From Candidatus Enterousia sp. (GTDB taxonomy: Bacteria > Pseudomonadota > Alphaproteobacteria > Rs-D84): 64,000 nt of DNA. How positions within the stretch are numbered: position 1 is the first letter of the stretch; each line of letters opens with the position of its first letter. A program made the translations under genes and the position numbers. The stretch covers positions 50,722 through 114,721 of the forward strand of contig JAZLAT010000031.1 in assembly GCA_045613345.1 (NCBI GenBank), in the 5' to 3' direction. Under the pieces are notes generated by a model. That model ran no database searches. It was given only the letters and a program-made list of their open reading frames with translations, and was not told the DNA's origin. Shown here one piece after another: positions 28,553 through 41,176 of the stretch.

Positions 28553-29359
28553 ATGAAAAAAGTTTTATTTGCAATTATATGTTTGTTTTGTGTATGTGGC
28601 GCACGTGCGGCAAATGAAAATGCGGCAACAAGTAAAGAATATGTTGATACAGAACTTGCCACAAAACAGCCAACAATCCCCGCGGCGGGTGATAATGTCG
28701 TTATGACATTTGATTCAAACGCCACTGATGGCATAGGGACAAAAAATATTTATGACCCGTCGGGCGATTATGCATCACAGACGGACGCACTTGTCACCGC
28801 CGCAACGGCGAACGCCGCCGTTCAAATGGCAATAAATGGTGAATTTTATTGCAAAGAATGGAGTACCATCGTCGAAAACGATTGCTGGCTTTGGGGTATA
28901 AAAAGCGAATTACACAACAGCCCAAACCTTTTGTGCACCGTATCGGCTCGAGAAATTGCTTCGTTTGATCCACAAACATCGATTATGTCCAATACCTATA
29001 CAGATACCAGAGATCATGTACAGTTATGTTTATTCCATTCCAACGGTATCGTCGTTGCGGGTTCGGGTATTGGATGTATAGATTTGTTAGATGCTGGTCA
29101 AACCAAGCATTATCATTTTACTAGCGCGAATGACAGCGACCATATACAAATAAAACATAATGGTAAAGCACGGGATTTTCGCCTGTGGTTTCCGGTGGAA
29201 CCCTCCACAGAATATACATTCGTTGCCAAGGCACTAAGTGTTGACCCAACCACAATCGGTGGAATGCAGGTGCAAATAATGTTGGTGCCCGGCAATTACA
29301 CCGGCGATGAAATTATTCCATGCGGACAGAATATATATATCCCACAGAACCAGCAATAG
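28553..29359 (+). CDS. Secreted fibre/adhesin-like protein, paralog B (different C-terminal domain)
   Basis: Signal peptide plus AANENAATSKEYVDTELATKQPTI...AVQMAINGEF.C; C-terminus unrelated to the other paralogs. Confidence 0.7.
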   Translation: MKKVLFAIICLFCVCGARAANENAATSKEYVDTELATKQPTIPAAGDNVVMTFDSNATDGIGTKNIYDPSGDYASQTDALVTAATANAAVQMAINGEFYCKEWSTIVENDCWLWGIKSELHNSPNLLCTVSAREIASFDPQTSIMSNTYTDTRDHVQLCLFHSNGIVVAGSGIGCIDLLDAGQTKHYHFTSANDSDHIQIKHNGKARDFRLWFPVEPSTEYTFVAKALSVDPTTIGGMQVQIMLVPGNYTGDEIIPCGQNIYIPQNQQ

Positions 29360-29487
29360 AGTGTTTAGTGTTAGTGTTTAGTGTTAGTGGTTAGTAGCAT
29401 CTGGAACAAGCCCCTAATTACGAAACTATTCCAGAGAATACTAACCACTATCCACTAACACTAACCACTAACACTAACACTAACCAC
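29360..29487. repeat. Heptamer-bounded miniature inverted-repeat element, copy 2
   Basis: (TTAGTG/TTAGTGG)n, then core, then (CACTAA/CCACTAA)n. Confidence 0.8.
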
Positions 29488-30057
29488 CTAGCGTCCATGA
29501 TAAATCCGATTAAAATGTTCGCGACATACAGATTTATAGTTGCTGTCGCCCAGTGCGAATTGTTCGCCCGCGCGAATCACATTACCGTTTGAATCAAACC
29601 GCAAATGATGCGTTGCGCGATGCATACAACCATTTATCTGGCAATTAGATTCCAAACGGTGCAGTTTCGCACCAACTTCGACCAACCTTTGTGATGCGGG
29701 GAACATCTTTTCATTGCTGTCCACCATTAAACCATAACACATAACCAATTTTCCGCCGCCGTCCGCAATTTCTACCATTTTATCAATATCGCTTGGCATA
29801 AAGAATTGCACTTCGTCAATCAACAGTACTTGTGTTTCGGGTTTGATTTGATATTCGCCCATGTCCGGAATCGCAAGCGCGTCAACAAACAAATCGCCCG
29901 CCCGCGATTTAATTTGAGATTTGCTGAAACGGGTGTCACACGCGGGTTTTATAATCTCTACATTGATTCCATTTTTGCGGAAATTATATGCTTCGATAAT
30001 CAATCTTGCGGACTTGGAACTGCCCATCACTCCATAGTGAAAATGTAAATTTGCCAT
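29488..30057 (-). CDS. tdk: Thymidine kinase
   Basis: YGVMGSSKS, IDEVQF, CYGL..D and Y.SVCREHF motifs. Confidence 0.9.
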   Translation of the reverse strand: MANLHFHYGVMGSSKSARLIIEAYNFRKNGINVEIIKPACDTRFSKSQIKSRAGDLFVDALAIPDMGEYQIKPETQVLLIDEVQFFMPSDIDKMVEIADGGGKLVMCYGLMVDSNEKMFPASQRLVEVGAKLHRLESNCQINGCMHRATHHLRFDSNGNVIRAGEQFALGDSNYKSVCREHFNRIYHGR

Positions 30058-30078
30058 ATCTTTTTCTCCTTTCGTTTT

Positions 30079-31041
30079 TTACATTGATTCCAATCTTTTA
30101 ATTCTTTCGCGCACCGGCGGGTGAGTCGCGAAAATTTCGCCCCAAAATGCGTTCCGCCGCGTCGGGTTTTCAATACATACCGCCGACATAGTGCTTTGTT
30201 TTGCGATACTGTCCACATAAGAATTTTCCGAAATTTTCCGCAATGCATTCGCCAATGCACGCGGATTCCGCGTAATTTGTGCCCCGCACGCGTCCGCCGC
30301 AAATTCGCGTTTGCGCGAAATCGCCATACGCAAAATCGGTGTGATAATAACATTGAATACCATAAACGCCAACCACACCATAAATAAAATCGCCGCCGAA
30401 TTATTCTTGTCATCGCGGTCATGGTGCGCATAGGCGATGTTTCGCAAAATCATATCCGCAATAAATACAGTGACACCAACCCCCGTGATAATCAGCATAT
30501 CAAGCCGTATGTCGCGATTTCCAATATGCGACATTTCATGTGCAATCACACCTTGCAATTCCAATCGGTCAAGTTTGTTTATAATTCCACGGGTCAAAGC
30601 AATTGTCGCGTCGCGTGGGGTTCGCCCCGTGGCAAAGGCGTTTAGTGCGTTGGTATCAATAATATACACCCGCGGTGTTGGCAACCCCGCCGCCAACGCA
30701 ACATTTTCCACACTTTTATAGATATATTTATAATCGGGGTCTGTATCATTTATCTGTTTTGCGCCCGCCATATTCAATATCATAGAATCGCCAAACGCCC
30801 ACGATATAATCATCCATATAACACACGCAAATCCTGTTGTAACGGCGACCGTCACAGCGGTTCGAATCGCGTCATCCGTTGGCGCAACAATCCGCACAAA
30901 TAAAAACACTAACGCAATAAAGATAATCGGGAACATCGCAACCAAGACGGCTGTTTTGATATTATTTGCCTGAATATGGTCGTAAACAGTTTTGACTTTC
31001 TTCATGTCGGCATAATACGAAAAAAAATCACCAGATTTCAA
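30079..31041 (-). CDS. htpX: HtpX-family M48 zinc protease
   Basis: NAFATG, HEMSH, SRKREF.AD and THPP..ERI motifs. Confidence 0.9.
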   Translation of the reverse strand: MKSGDFFSYYADMKKVKTVYDHIQANNIKTAVLVAMFPIIFIALVFLFVRIVAPTDDAIRTAVTVAVTTGFACVIWMIISWAFGDSMILNMAGAKQINDTDPDYKYIYKSVENVALAAGLPTPRVYIIDTNALNAFATGRTPRDATIALTRGIINKLDRLELQGVIAHEMSHIGNRDIRLDMLIITGVGVTVFIADMILRNIAYAHHDRDDKNNSAAILFMVWLAFMVFNVIITPILRMAISRKREFAADACGAQITRNPRALANALRKISENSYVDSIAKQSTMSAVCIENPTRRNAFWGEIFATHPPVRERIKRLESM

Positions 31042-31051
31042 GATTTATTTT

Positions 31052-31939
31052 TTGCCAAAAATATGGTATAATGTCGCCGTGAATATGAAATATTGTGTTT
31101 TCTTTTCAATTGTATGTTTGTGCTTTGCGGGGCATGCGGGTTTCTTGCAACCCACAACTTTTCCAAAAGTCGCCGAAGATTTGTCTTTTATAGATAAAAT
31201 TCGTTTGCGCACAGATGGTTATGCCCAGATTGACACAGTATATGACGAAAACGGTAAATGTATTTCGGGTTGTGCTTATGCGGAATTGAATTTAGAAGAC
31301 GAATTATCGGCAATGGCGCGACGCGATGCCTTGTTGCGTATTGAATTGGTTGAAAATTATGGTTTTGTTGAACACCAAGATGGTCATTTGACGCCGTCTC
31401 AGACCGTTGACGATAATACATATGCCACATCTGGCGCCCAAATGTTTCCGGGCGAAGTTCAAAAAAATTGCGCTGTATCACATCCCCGTCTTACAAGCAG
31501 TACGGTTCCTTATGGTTCGCCATTGGGTTATGTTTCGTGTATTGTGTCCGACTATGGGGTACAAAGAAAATTGGAATGGGATAATAAAACAAATATTCAC
31601 CGCGGAATCGATTTACGTGCGGCTGTTAATACGCCAGTATATGCGCCGGCAGATGGCACAGTAATCAAAGTTTTCAATATGAATGAATCATGTGGTAATG
31701 GCGTTATTATCCAACATGCCGGTGGTTTCAGAACACAATATTGCCATTTTACCGAAGTGTTGGTCGGTCATTCTGAAAAAGTTTCTGTGGGGTGTCTGAT
31801 TGGCAAAGTCGGCAGCACAGGCCACAGCACAGGCCCCCATTTACATTATGCGGTTCAAAAATGGAATGGCAAAGCGTACCAGCCGGTTGATCCGAAACCT
31901 TTTTTAGAACCTGAACACACTATGTGTTCTGGGAAATAG
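31052..31939 (+). CDS. M23-family peptidase
   Basis: HRGIDL, YCH and STGPHLHY motifs. Confidence 0.9.
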   Translation: MPKIWYNVAVNMKYCVFFSIVCLCFAGHAGFLQPTTFPKVAEDLSFIDKIRLRTDGYAQIDTVYDENGKCISGCAYAELNLEDELSAMARRDALLRIELVENYGFVEHQDGHLTPSQTVDDNTYATSGAQMFPGEVQKNCAVSHPRLTSSTVPYGSPLGYVSCIVSDYGVQRKLEWDNKTNIHRGIDLRAAVNTPVYAPADGTVIKVFNMNESCGNGVIIQHAGGFRTQYCHFTEVLVGHSEKVSVGCLIGKVGSTGHSTGPHLHYAVQKWNGKAYQPVDPKPFLEPEHTMCSGK

Positions 31940-32300
31940 CAGTTTTTCGAAATTGAACGGCGAAACTGCCGTTATTTAATGGAACGCACGACACAATATA
32001 TGGTGCCATTATGCTTTCACGCGCCCATTCTTGGAATTTGATTTTTAACACACCACTTGCACCTGTAATTATGGTGGCATTGCGTGTCCCAGAAGTTGCG
32101 ATTTCCATTATTTCATTCCACGCTTGTTCGATGGTGTGCATATGCAAATCAAGCGTCACGTGCGACGGTATTTCGGTGGTTTTGGGAATCCTTTGTGACA
32201 ATTTCAATTCTGCGCGCACGCGTCGCCGTGCCGCATCATTATCCGGCGTAAAGTCCGCGCCAATCATATCGGCAATATCTTGGTCGTTCAATTGTCGCAT
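31920..32300 (-). CDS. Smr/MutS2-domain protein
   Basis: LDLHMHT...IITG.SGVLK...NGSF.V. Confidence 0.8.
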   Translation of the reverse strand: MRQLNDQDIADMIGADFTPDNDAARRRVRAELKLSQRIPKTTEIPSHVTLDLHMHTIEQAWNEIMEIATSGTRNATIITGASGVLKIKFQEWARESIMAPYIVSCVPLNNGSFAVQFRKTAISQNT

Positions 32301-32301
32301 A

Positions 32302-33024
32302 TTATTTATCTAACTTTTTTGCCCAATTGCTGTCTGGGAAATTCAGTTTCAACATTTCGGCATATCCATCCGCCTGACTTGGGACACCGATTGCCGTATA
32401 AGCCTGGGTCAGCCGATACATTGCCTCGGCGGGCATAACGGTTTCGGGTGCATCGGTCAAAACAGACTGTAATTTTGTAATTGCCGCGCCCCAGTTTTCT
32501 TTGCGCATATCGTCGCGTGCAGCATACATAACTTTGCCTGCAATATAGTTCTTTAATATATTGATTTTGTTTTTCGCATTTTCGGCATATGGCGAACGCG
32601 GGAATCGGTCAACCAATTGTTGGAATTGATTCAAAGCATATACAGACATGCCGGGTTCGCGCCTAACATCACTGACTTGGCGATAATAGCACATGCCACG
32701 CAGATAAAGCATATAAGGTACATCGGTGTGCCCCGGATGAAACCGCATAAAACGGTCAACAGTCAAAATTGCATTTGGAAAATCGCCATCCAAATATTGT
32801 GAATATGCCGCCATAACCAACGCATCTGCCGCCCATTCACTTGCGGGGTATTGTGTTTCGACACTTAAAAACTTTTCTGCGGCGTTGTCATAATCACCAT
32901 CATTAAATTCGTTATATGCCGCATCATACAAATCGGTCAAAGATTCGGTTTGGACAATTTTATCGCCCCCGCCACAGCCCGCCATAAACATACAAATAAT
33001 TCCAAACAAAAATATTTTTTTCAT
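32302..33024 (-). CDS. bamD: Outer membrane protein assembly factor BamD
   Basis: Lipobox MAGC, TPRs, YP.SEWA, HPGH.DVPY..YLRG, FP.SPYA. Confidence 0.92.
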   Translation of the reverse strand: MKKIFLFGIICMFMAGCGGGDKIVQTESLTDLYDAAYNEFNDGDYDNAAEKFLSVETQYPASEWAADALVMAAYSQYLDGDFPNAILTVDRFMRFHPGHTDVPYMLYLRGMCYYRQVSDVRREPGMSVYALNQFQQLVDRFPRSPYAENAKNKINILKNYIAGKVMYAARDDMRKENWGAAITKLQSVLTDAPETVMPAEAMYRLTQAYTAIGVPSQADGYAEMLKLNFPDSNWAKKLDK

Positions 33025-33076
33025 TTTATTATTCCTATCTTGATTTTGGTTATTTGATTCTAGTATAATCTAAACT

Positions 33077-34540
33077 ATGAAACTTGGCAAACATATTTTC
33101 GGGGTCGGGCTTATGACCGGAATAAGTCGCATATTCGGATTTGTCCGCGATATGCTGATCGCGCGGGTTTTGGGCGCGGGGCGTCTTTCTGATATTTTCC
33201 TTGCCGCGTTCAAGTTGCCAAATTTATTTCGTGATTTGCTGGGCGAAGGGGCGTTGTCTACGATTTTTATCCCAATGTACGCGGATTCAAAACGTGACGA
33301 ATCGTTTGCCAAGAATGTGTTTTCATGGCTGATGGTTGTGCTTTTGGGCATAACGGTGGTGTTTGAAATTTGTATGCCATTGATTGTGTGGGTCTTGGCA
33401 CCGGGATTTGCCGATGTGCCGGGCAAGATGGAATTGACCGTCGTAATATCACGCATAATGTTTTTCTATGTCATATTTGTATGTGCGGCGGCGTTTTTGT
33501 CGGCGGTTTTGAATGCTTTTTCTCGTTTTATGCTTGCGGCGTTTATGCCGGTGTTGCTGAATATCATGCTGATTGGCGCATTGTTGTTTTCAATGTATAT
33601 TGGGGCATCGGATACAGTGTTATATATCATGGCGGGAACGGTGGTTGCATCGGGAATAATTCAATGCCTTGTATTATTGGCGCGTATTCGTCACAAACAT
33701 TTCGGATTACATTTGATTGTTCCGCGCTGGACACCGGCGATAAAGACTATGTTCAAACGATTCGGGGTCAGTATTATTGGCAATGGTTTTTACCAGATAA
33801 CTATAATTTTGGGCACATTAGTCGCAAGTTTTGAAAGCGGTGCGGTTTCGTGGCTTTATTATTCTGACAGAATTGTCCAGTTACCCTTTGCGATGATTGG
33901 TTTGGCGGTTGGCACGGTTTTGATGTCTTCTATATCGAATGCGATTGCGGACAAGAATATGCGCAGTGTGTATATCCAACAGAATTCATCTATGCGGCAA
34001 TCTATGATGCTGATTATGCCGTGTGTGGCGGGGCTGTTCGTTTTGGCGCGACCGATTATTAAATATCTGTTTGAATATGGTGCGTGGACGGCGGAATCTA
34101 CGCATGCGGTGTCGATTGCCATAATGATTCAGGTTTTTGTCTTGCCCGCGATGTTAATCAGCCAGATTTACAGCAAAACTCTGTATGCAAGTCAAGATGT
34201 CAAAACACCGGTCAAGACAAGTATTACATCGTTGGCGGTCGCTTCGTGCATATATTTGGGGCTGTTCCATTTTGTTGGATATTTGGCAATTCCAATAGGC
34301 GTAGTGGTAAGTGGTTATGTTAAAAATTACCTTTTGGGGCGCGCATGCCGTCGTCGCGGTTTGATAAAGATGGATTCGCGCACGGTTCGTGCGATGGTTG
34401 CGTTTGGTGCGTTGTCGGTTGCATTGGGGGTGGGACTGTGGTTTATCCCGATAACCGGCATAGTCCCGTTGGTTTTGGCAATTGCGGGATTTGGAATCGT
34501 CTATTTGCCGATTGCGTTTATAATAAATCGAAAAATATAA
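33077..34540 (+). CDS. murJ: Lipid II flippase
   Basis: SRIFGFVRD, AFKLPNLFR.L.GEGAL and L.Y.DR..QLP motifs. Confidence 0.95.
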   Translation: MKLGKHIFGVGLMTGISRIFGFVRDMLIARVLGAGRLSDIFLAAFKLPNLFRDLLGEGALSTIFIPMYADSKRDESFAKNVFSWLMVVLLGITVVFEICMPLIVWVLAPGFADVPGKMELTVVISRIMFFYVIFVCAAAFLSAVLNAFSRFMLAAFMPVLLNIMLIGALLFSMYIGASDTVLYIMAGTVVASGIIQCLVLLARIRHKHFGLHLIVPRWTPAIKTMFKRFGVSIIGNGFYQITIILGTLVASFESGAVSWLYYSDRIVQLPFAMIGLAVGTVLMSSISNAIADKNMRSVYIQQNSSMRQSMMLIMPCVAGLFVLARPIIKYLFEYGAWTAESTHAVSIAIMIQVFVLPAMLISQIYSKTLYASQDVKTPVKTSITSLAVASCIYLGLFHFVGYLAIPIGVVVSGYVKNYLLGRACRRRGLIKMDSRTVRAMVAFGALSVALGVGLWFIPITGIVPLVLAIAGFGIVYLPIAFIINRKI

Positions 34541-34607
34541 CAATTTAATATTGCAACTGAATTTTTTATGTGTTAAAATCATTATATAAGAATGTAAGGA
34601 GTCCCAA

Positions 34608-35495
34608 ATGAAAAAATTGGTATCTTTGGCGGTTTTGACCGCTTTGGTTGCGGGGTGTGCTGAAAATGGTCAACCCGTTGGTACGGAATATGGTTCTGAT
34701 GGTTTTGGCGAAGAAACGCTTGTAACCGAAAATCCGTCTTTGAACGACACATATTTAATGGCGCCGGCGCCACGCTATTACATTGGCAATGCATACAAAG
34801 TTGAAGATATTCAATATATCCCAACCGAAGATTATGCATATAACCAAGCGGGTATGGCGGGTATAATCCCATCGGAATTAAATGGAACAAAAACCAGTAA
34901 CGGTGAAACATACGACATGAATCAATTGGTCGCAACAAGCAAGACTTTGCCGTTGCCGACAATTGCGCGCGTGACTAATCTTGAAAACGGTGAAGCGGTC
35001 GTTGTTCGTATAAATAATCGTGGTCCATTTGTAAATACTCGGATTATGGATTTGTCACCGGCGGCGGCGCAAAAAATTGGTATGACGAACCAATCAAAGA
35101 TTCAAATCCAAGTTTTGCCGGAACAATCCGTGGCGGTCAAGAATGCGACATTGGGTGTGAATCCTGCGCAACCGGTTGTGACCGAACAAGTTGTTGTTGC
35201 TGAACCTGCGCCTGCATCCGCACCTGAGGCTGCACCTGTGGCTGCGGCACCGGCGGGGGAATACAGTGTCCAAGTTGCGGCGTTCTATGCCGAAGACAGT
35301 GCGAATACATTGCTGAATCGTATGCGTAATTATGGTGATGCGGTCGTTGTACGCGAAGGTGATATGTTCAAAGTTCGTATCGTGAACTTGGACGCGACCA
35401 ATGCACGCCGTGTGATTGATGCGTTGCGCAGCAACGAAGGCATGGCGCCGGGTCTGTTAAAGAACGGTCGTTGGATAAATGCGGACAGCATCTAA
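34608..35495 (+). CDS. rlpA: Septal ring lytic transglycosylase RlpA with SPOR domain
   Basis: Lipobox, TSNGETYD, TLPLP...VTNLENG...RINNRGPF...RIMDLS, C-terminal VQVAAF. Confidence 0.9.
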   Translation: MKKLVSLAVLTALVAGCAENGQPVGTEYGSDGFGEETLVTENPSLNDTYLMAPAPRYYIGNAYKVEDIQYIPTEDYAYNQAGMAGIIPSELNGTKTSNGETYDMNQLVATSKTLPLPTIARVTNLENGEAVVVRINNRGPFVNTRIMDLSPAAAQKIGMTNQSKIQIQVLPEQSVAVKNATLGVNPAQPVVTEQVVVAEPAPASAPEAAPVAAAPAGEYSVQVAAFYAEDSANTLLNRMRNYGDAVVVREGDMFKVRIVNLDATNARRVIDALRSNEGMAPGLLKNGRWINADSI

Positions 35496-35519
35496 AAAGT
35501 TTGTGTGCCTCCTGACAAC

Positions 35520-35545
35520 AATCCCCGCAAAAGCGGGGATTTTTT
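35520..35545. terminator. Bidirectional terminator
   Basis: AATCCCCGC-AAAA-GCGGGGATTTTTT. Confidence 0.75.
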
Positions 35546-36035
35546 ATCGAGACTGGGTATTATTCACACCAATCGATTTATATATAACTTTTGCTTCATC
35601 GAACATTTTAAAAGATGTTGCCAATTGGTCGCGCCAACCCGCAATTTTTTGGCTTTTATCGGTGGGCATATCAAGATAGATCACCTCACGAATTCCACTT
35701 TGTATAATGCCGCGTGCACAATCCACGCATGGCGGAAATGTCACATACAGCACGCAATTTCTAACCGATGCACCATAAAGGCATGCATTGTATATCGCAT
35801 TGCGTTCTGCGTGTTCGGTGAATTCGTATTTAGCGGGGCGCTGTTTCCGTTCCGCGATACTGTCATCGACACCGCGGGGAAATCCATTATAACCCGTAGA
35901 ACGAATTTCTTTATCGGGTCCGATTATAACACAACCAACCTTGGTGCTTTCGTCTTTGGACCATGTAGCAATCAATTTAGCCAAGTCCATAAACCGTGAA
36001 TTCCACTTATCTGAAAATGTAAAACCTTTTTTCAT
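35544..36035 (-). CDS. dCMP deaminase (ComEB family)
   Basis: SKD.STKVG, GYNG, HAERNAI and PCVDC motifs. Confidence 0.9.
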   Translation of the reverse strand: MKKGFTFSDKWNSRFMDLAKLIATWSKDESTKVGCVIIGPDKEIRSTGYNGFPRGVDDSIAERKQRPAKYEFTEHAERNAIYNACLYGASVRNCVLYVTFPPCVDCARGIIQSGIREVIYLDMPTDKSQKIAGWRDQLATSFKMFDEAKVIYKSIGVNNTQSR

Positions 36036-36145
36036 ATTTATACCTTTTTTGTTCTACATTCTCGCTTTTCATGCAATTTACAATAAAATGGCGAAATTTC
36101 AAGTTTTTTGTTCACTTTTGAAATATGTGTGCTATGGTTGGCTTT

Positions 36146-37039
36146 ATGAGCAAGACATATTCTGGATTTATTGCGATTGTTGGGCCGACAAATGCCGGCA
36201 AAAGCACCCTTTTGAACCAAATTATGGGGCGCAAGGTGTCAATCGTTTCGCACAAGGTTCAAACCACGCGAACGAACCTGCGTGCTGTCAAGATGATGGG
36301 TTCGCGTCAGTTGATATTTGTTGATACACCGGGAATTTTTCGTCCCGCGCGGCGATTGGATCGTGCCATGGTTGGTGCGGCGATGGACGCGCTGGATGAT
36401 GCGGACGCGGTGTTGTTGATTATTGATGCGACACACGGCGTAACCGATACAGTGCGCGGAATTGTGGAAAAAATTCGCGACCACAAGAATTTGTTCGTTG
36501 CATTGAACAAAACCGATGCCACCAAGAAGCCGGAACTTTTGCCGATTGCGGCGGAATTAAATAAAATGGCTGATTTTCGCGAGATATTCATGATTTCGGC
36601 AATGAAAAATGACGGTGTCAACGAAATGTTAAAGTCTTTGGCGGCTGTGATGCCTGAATCACCGTATTTGTTCGATACGCGCGACAGTGTGGATGTGCCG
36701 GATAACCTTTATTTGGCGGAGTTGACGCGCGAAAAGATATATCGATTTATCCACCAAGAATTGCCTTATCATATAAATGTTGTGACCGAACGCGTTGATG
36801 TTGATGCCGATGGAGTTTTGGACATTTATCAAAAGATTGTCGTCGCCAATGAAGCGCACAAAAAGATTGTTGTTGGTCGCGGCGGGGCGCAACTGAAACA
36901 AATTGGCACGGCGGCGCGGCATGATATCCAAGACCAATGGGGTGTGAATGCACGGTTGCACCTGTTCGTGCGGGTCGAAGAAAATTGGGAAGAAGTGGCG
37001 GAAAACTACACCGACCAAGGTTTAGAGTTTAAGAAATAA
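36146..37039 (+). CDS. era: GTPase Era
   Basis: GPTNAGKSTL, QTTR, DTPG, NKTD and KH domain. Confidence 0.95.
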   Translation: MSKTYSGFIAIVGPTNAGKSTLLNQIMGRKVSIVSHKVQTTRTNLRAVKMMGSRQLIFVDTPGIFRPARRLDRAMVGAAMDALDDADAVLLIIDATHGVTDTVRGIVEKIRDHKNLFVALNKTDATKKPELLPIAAELNKMADFREIFMISAMKNDGVNEMLKSLAAVMPESPYLFDTRDSVDVPDNLYLAELTREKIYRFIHQELPYHINVVTERVDVDADGVLDIYQKIVVANEAHKKIVVGRGGAQLKQIGTAARHDIQDQWGVNARLHLFVRVEENWEEVAENYTDQGLEFKK

Positions 37040-37042
37040 TAA

Positions 37043-39559
<2,517 letters not shown>

Positions 39560-40549
39560 ATGCCAAAAAAAATCAAAGAAATTGAAGTAATCGATCGTGG
39601 TGGCGCAAAAACCGTGGCGAAAAAGACATCTGTGGTCACGCACGCGCGCCGCATATTTTTAATTGTCAGTGTGTTATGGTTGGGCTTTGTTGCGTGGTTT
39701 CCATTGTATGTGAAATCGCATTATGCGGGACCGATTAAGAAATCGATTGTTGTATCAATGTTCTTTGATTTGCAACGCAACATTGTTGAACAGTATGAAA
39801 AATTGCTTGGCGGAATCAAGGATGCGATAAACCTTGAAAAGCCGGTTGGTATCGCAATTCAAAAGGTTAAAATTGTAGAGTCCAAAGTCGATAAAGTAAC
39901 AGATACCACGGCCGCCGCAAAGCAAAAAACCGCCAAGGCAAAGCAACAAACATCTGGGGTTCGCGCATTGACGGGTATCGCGAATAAATTTGGAGTAAAA
40001 ACTGATGCGGTTGATAATGTCGTGAACAGCGCGGACGGCGCGATTGATAAAGCAAATGCGGCGGTGGATAAAGTAGATAATGTCGCAAAAATGGTGAACG
40101 AAAAATTGGACAGTGTCGAAAAAGAACTGGTCAAAGTTACGCAAACCGAGGTTGATAAAGTTATAGATGAAGCCGTCAAAAAACAGTTGGACAAGAATTC
40201 TGGCGGATTGGGGACAACTTTGTTGACCAATTACGGAATCAAGCACGTTTATCCATGGCGTCCTTCGTCTTGGCCGGTGGCGACAAAAATCTATAATGAT
40301 TTAGAAAAATCAAATCTTGGTGTTGTCCAGATTTTGACAAATACGGTGAATCAATATTTCGGCTATGTCGCGTGGGGATTGGTAATTGCGGCATGGGTTG
40401 TGGGTCTGTTTGTTTGGTCGCTGATTCGCAAGAAATATAAATCGACAATCGGTGCGTTTATCGTGTGTCCGCGTTGCGGTCATGCATTTGCGGACAAACG
40501 AACGGCGATGAGTTTCCTGAAAGTTTTCCAACCATGGAAATGGTTTTAA
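39560..40549 (+). CDS. Two-TM protein with periplasmic coiled coil and C-terminal CPRC motif
   Basis: Two hydrophobic segments flanking an amphipathic helical region. Confidence 0.65.
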   Translation: MPKKIKEIEVIDRGGAKTVAKKTSVVTHARRIFLIVSVLWLGFVAWFPLYVKSHYAGPIKKSIVVSMFFDLQRNIVEQYEKLLGGIKDAINLEKPVGIAIQKVKIVESKVDKVTDTTAAAKQKTAKAKQQTSGVRALTGIANKFGVKTDAVDNVVNSADGAIDKANAAVDKVDNVAKMVNEKLDSVEKELVKVTQTEVDKVIDEAVKKQLDKNSGGLGTTLLTNYGIKHVYPWRPSSWPVATKIYNDLEKSNLGVVQILTNTVNQYFGYVAWGLVIAAWVVGLFVWSLIRKKYKSTIGAFIVCPRCGHAFADKRTAMSFLKVFQPWKWF

Positions 40550-40556
40550 ACAGATT

Positions 40557-40588
40557 AAAAAAAACCGGCGGATTACCGCCGGTTTTTT
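40557..40588. terminator. Bidirectional terminator
   Basis: A-run CCGGCGG-ATTA-CCGCCGG T-run. Confidence 0.8.
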
Positions 40589-40709
40589 ACTCGTATAATG
40601 ACCGCCAACCCGCATGATGACATATCGAACATTTACATGAGCCAGAGCCACCATACCCCGAGCTTGAATACGAGTGGTTAGCGTGCCACCCGTGTTTTTT
40701 AATTTCCAT
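40587..40709 (-). CDS. Putative 40-aa His/Cys/Gly/Ser-rich peptide (absent from the ORF track)
   Basis: MEIKKHGWHANHSYSSSGYGGSGSCKCSICHHAGWRSLYE; the stop codon abuts the terminator. Confidence 0.4.
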   Translation of the reverse strand: MEIKKHGWHANHSYSSSGYGGSGSCKCSICHHAGWRSLYE

Positions 40710-41007
40710 ATATGATAATATTCCAAAGAACTGCCATGGTGGACGGGCGTTTGGTGCGTTTTTGAGGCATATAAAGTGGTCTAAATTAAACCAAGGTTAA
40801 AAGTCAACCACTTTTTTCAATATTAAAAAAAACAAATTTTATCAATAAAAACAATACACAAACCGCAAATGGCGGATTTCAAAAATAGGGTGGTTTAAAA
40901 ACCTTGGTTTTTTATACACTTTTCTATAGGGAAATTCTTGAATAAATTGGTATCCGGTGTGAAGCAAAATGAGAGGAAATATTAGAGATAAAGAGATTAT
41001 TCCAGAA

Positions 41008-41130
41008 ACTGTCATTCCGGACTTGGTCCGGAACAGGGCTAAGTAGTTTAGGACGGATTATTCAGAATAATTCTGAGAACACCGGCTCACATTTCCTGGC
41101 CCTATGGCGGACCAAGCCCGCCATGACAGT
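41008..41130. repeat. Paired REP/RPE-like palindromic element
   Basis: ACTGTCATTCCGGACTTGGTCCGGAA ... ATGGCGGACCAAGCCCGCCATGACAGT: two inverted GTCAT-hairpin units. Confidence 0.7.
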
Positions 41131-41176
41131 ATCAGGAGTAATAAAGATAGAACCTAAAAAACAAAGGGGGAAAAAC

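Noticed and set aside
29360-29487. CRISPR array
   Set aside because: The units are 6-7-bp tandem repeats in inverted arrays with no unique spacers, and there are no cas genes.
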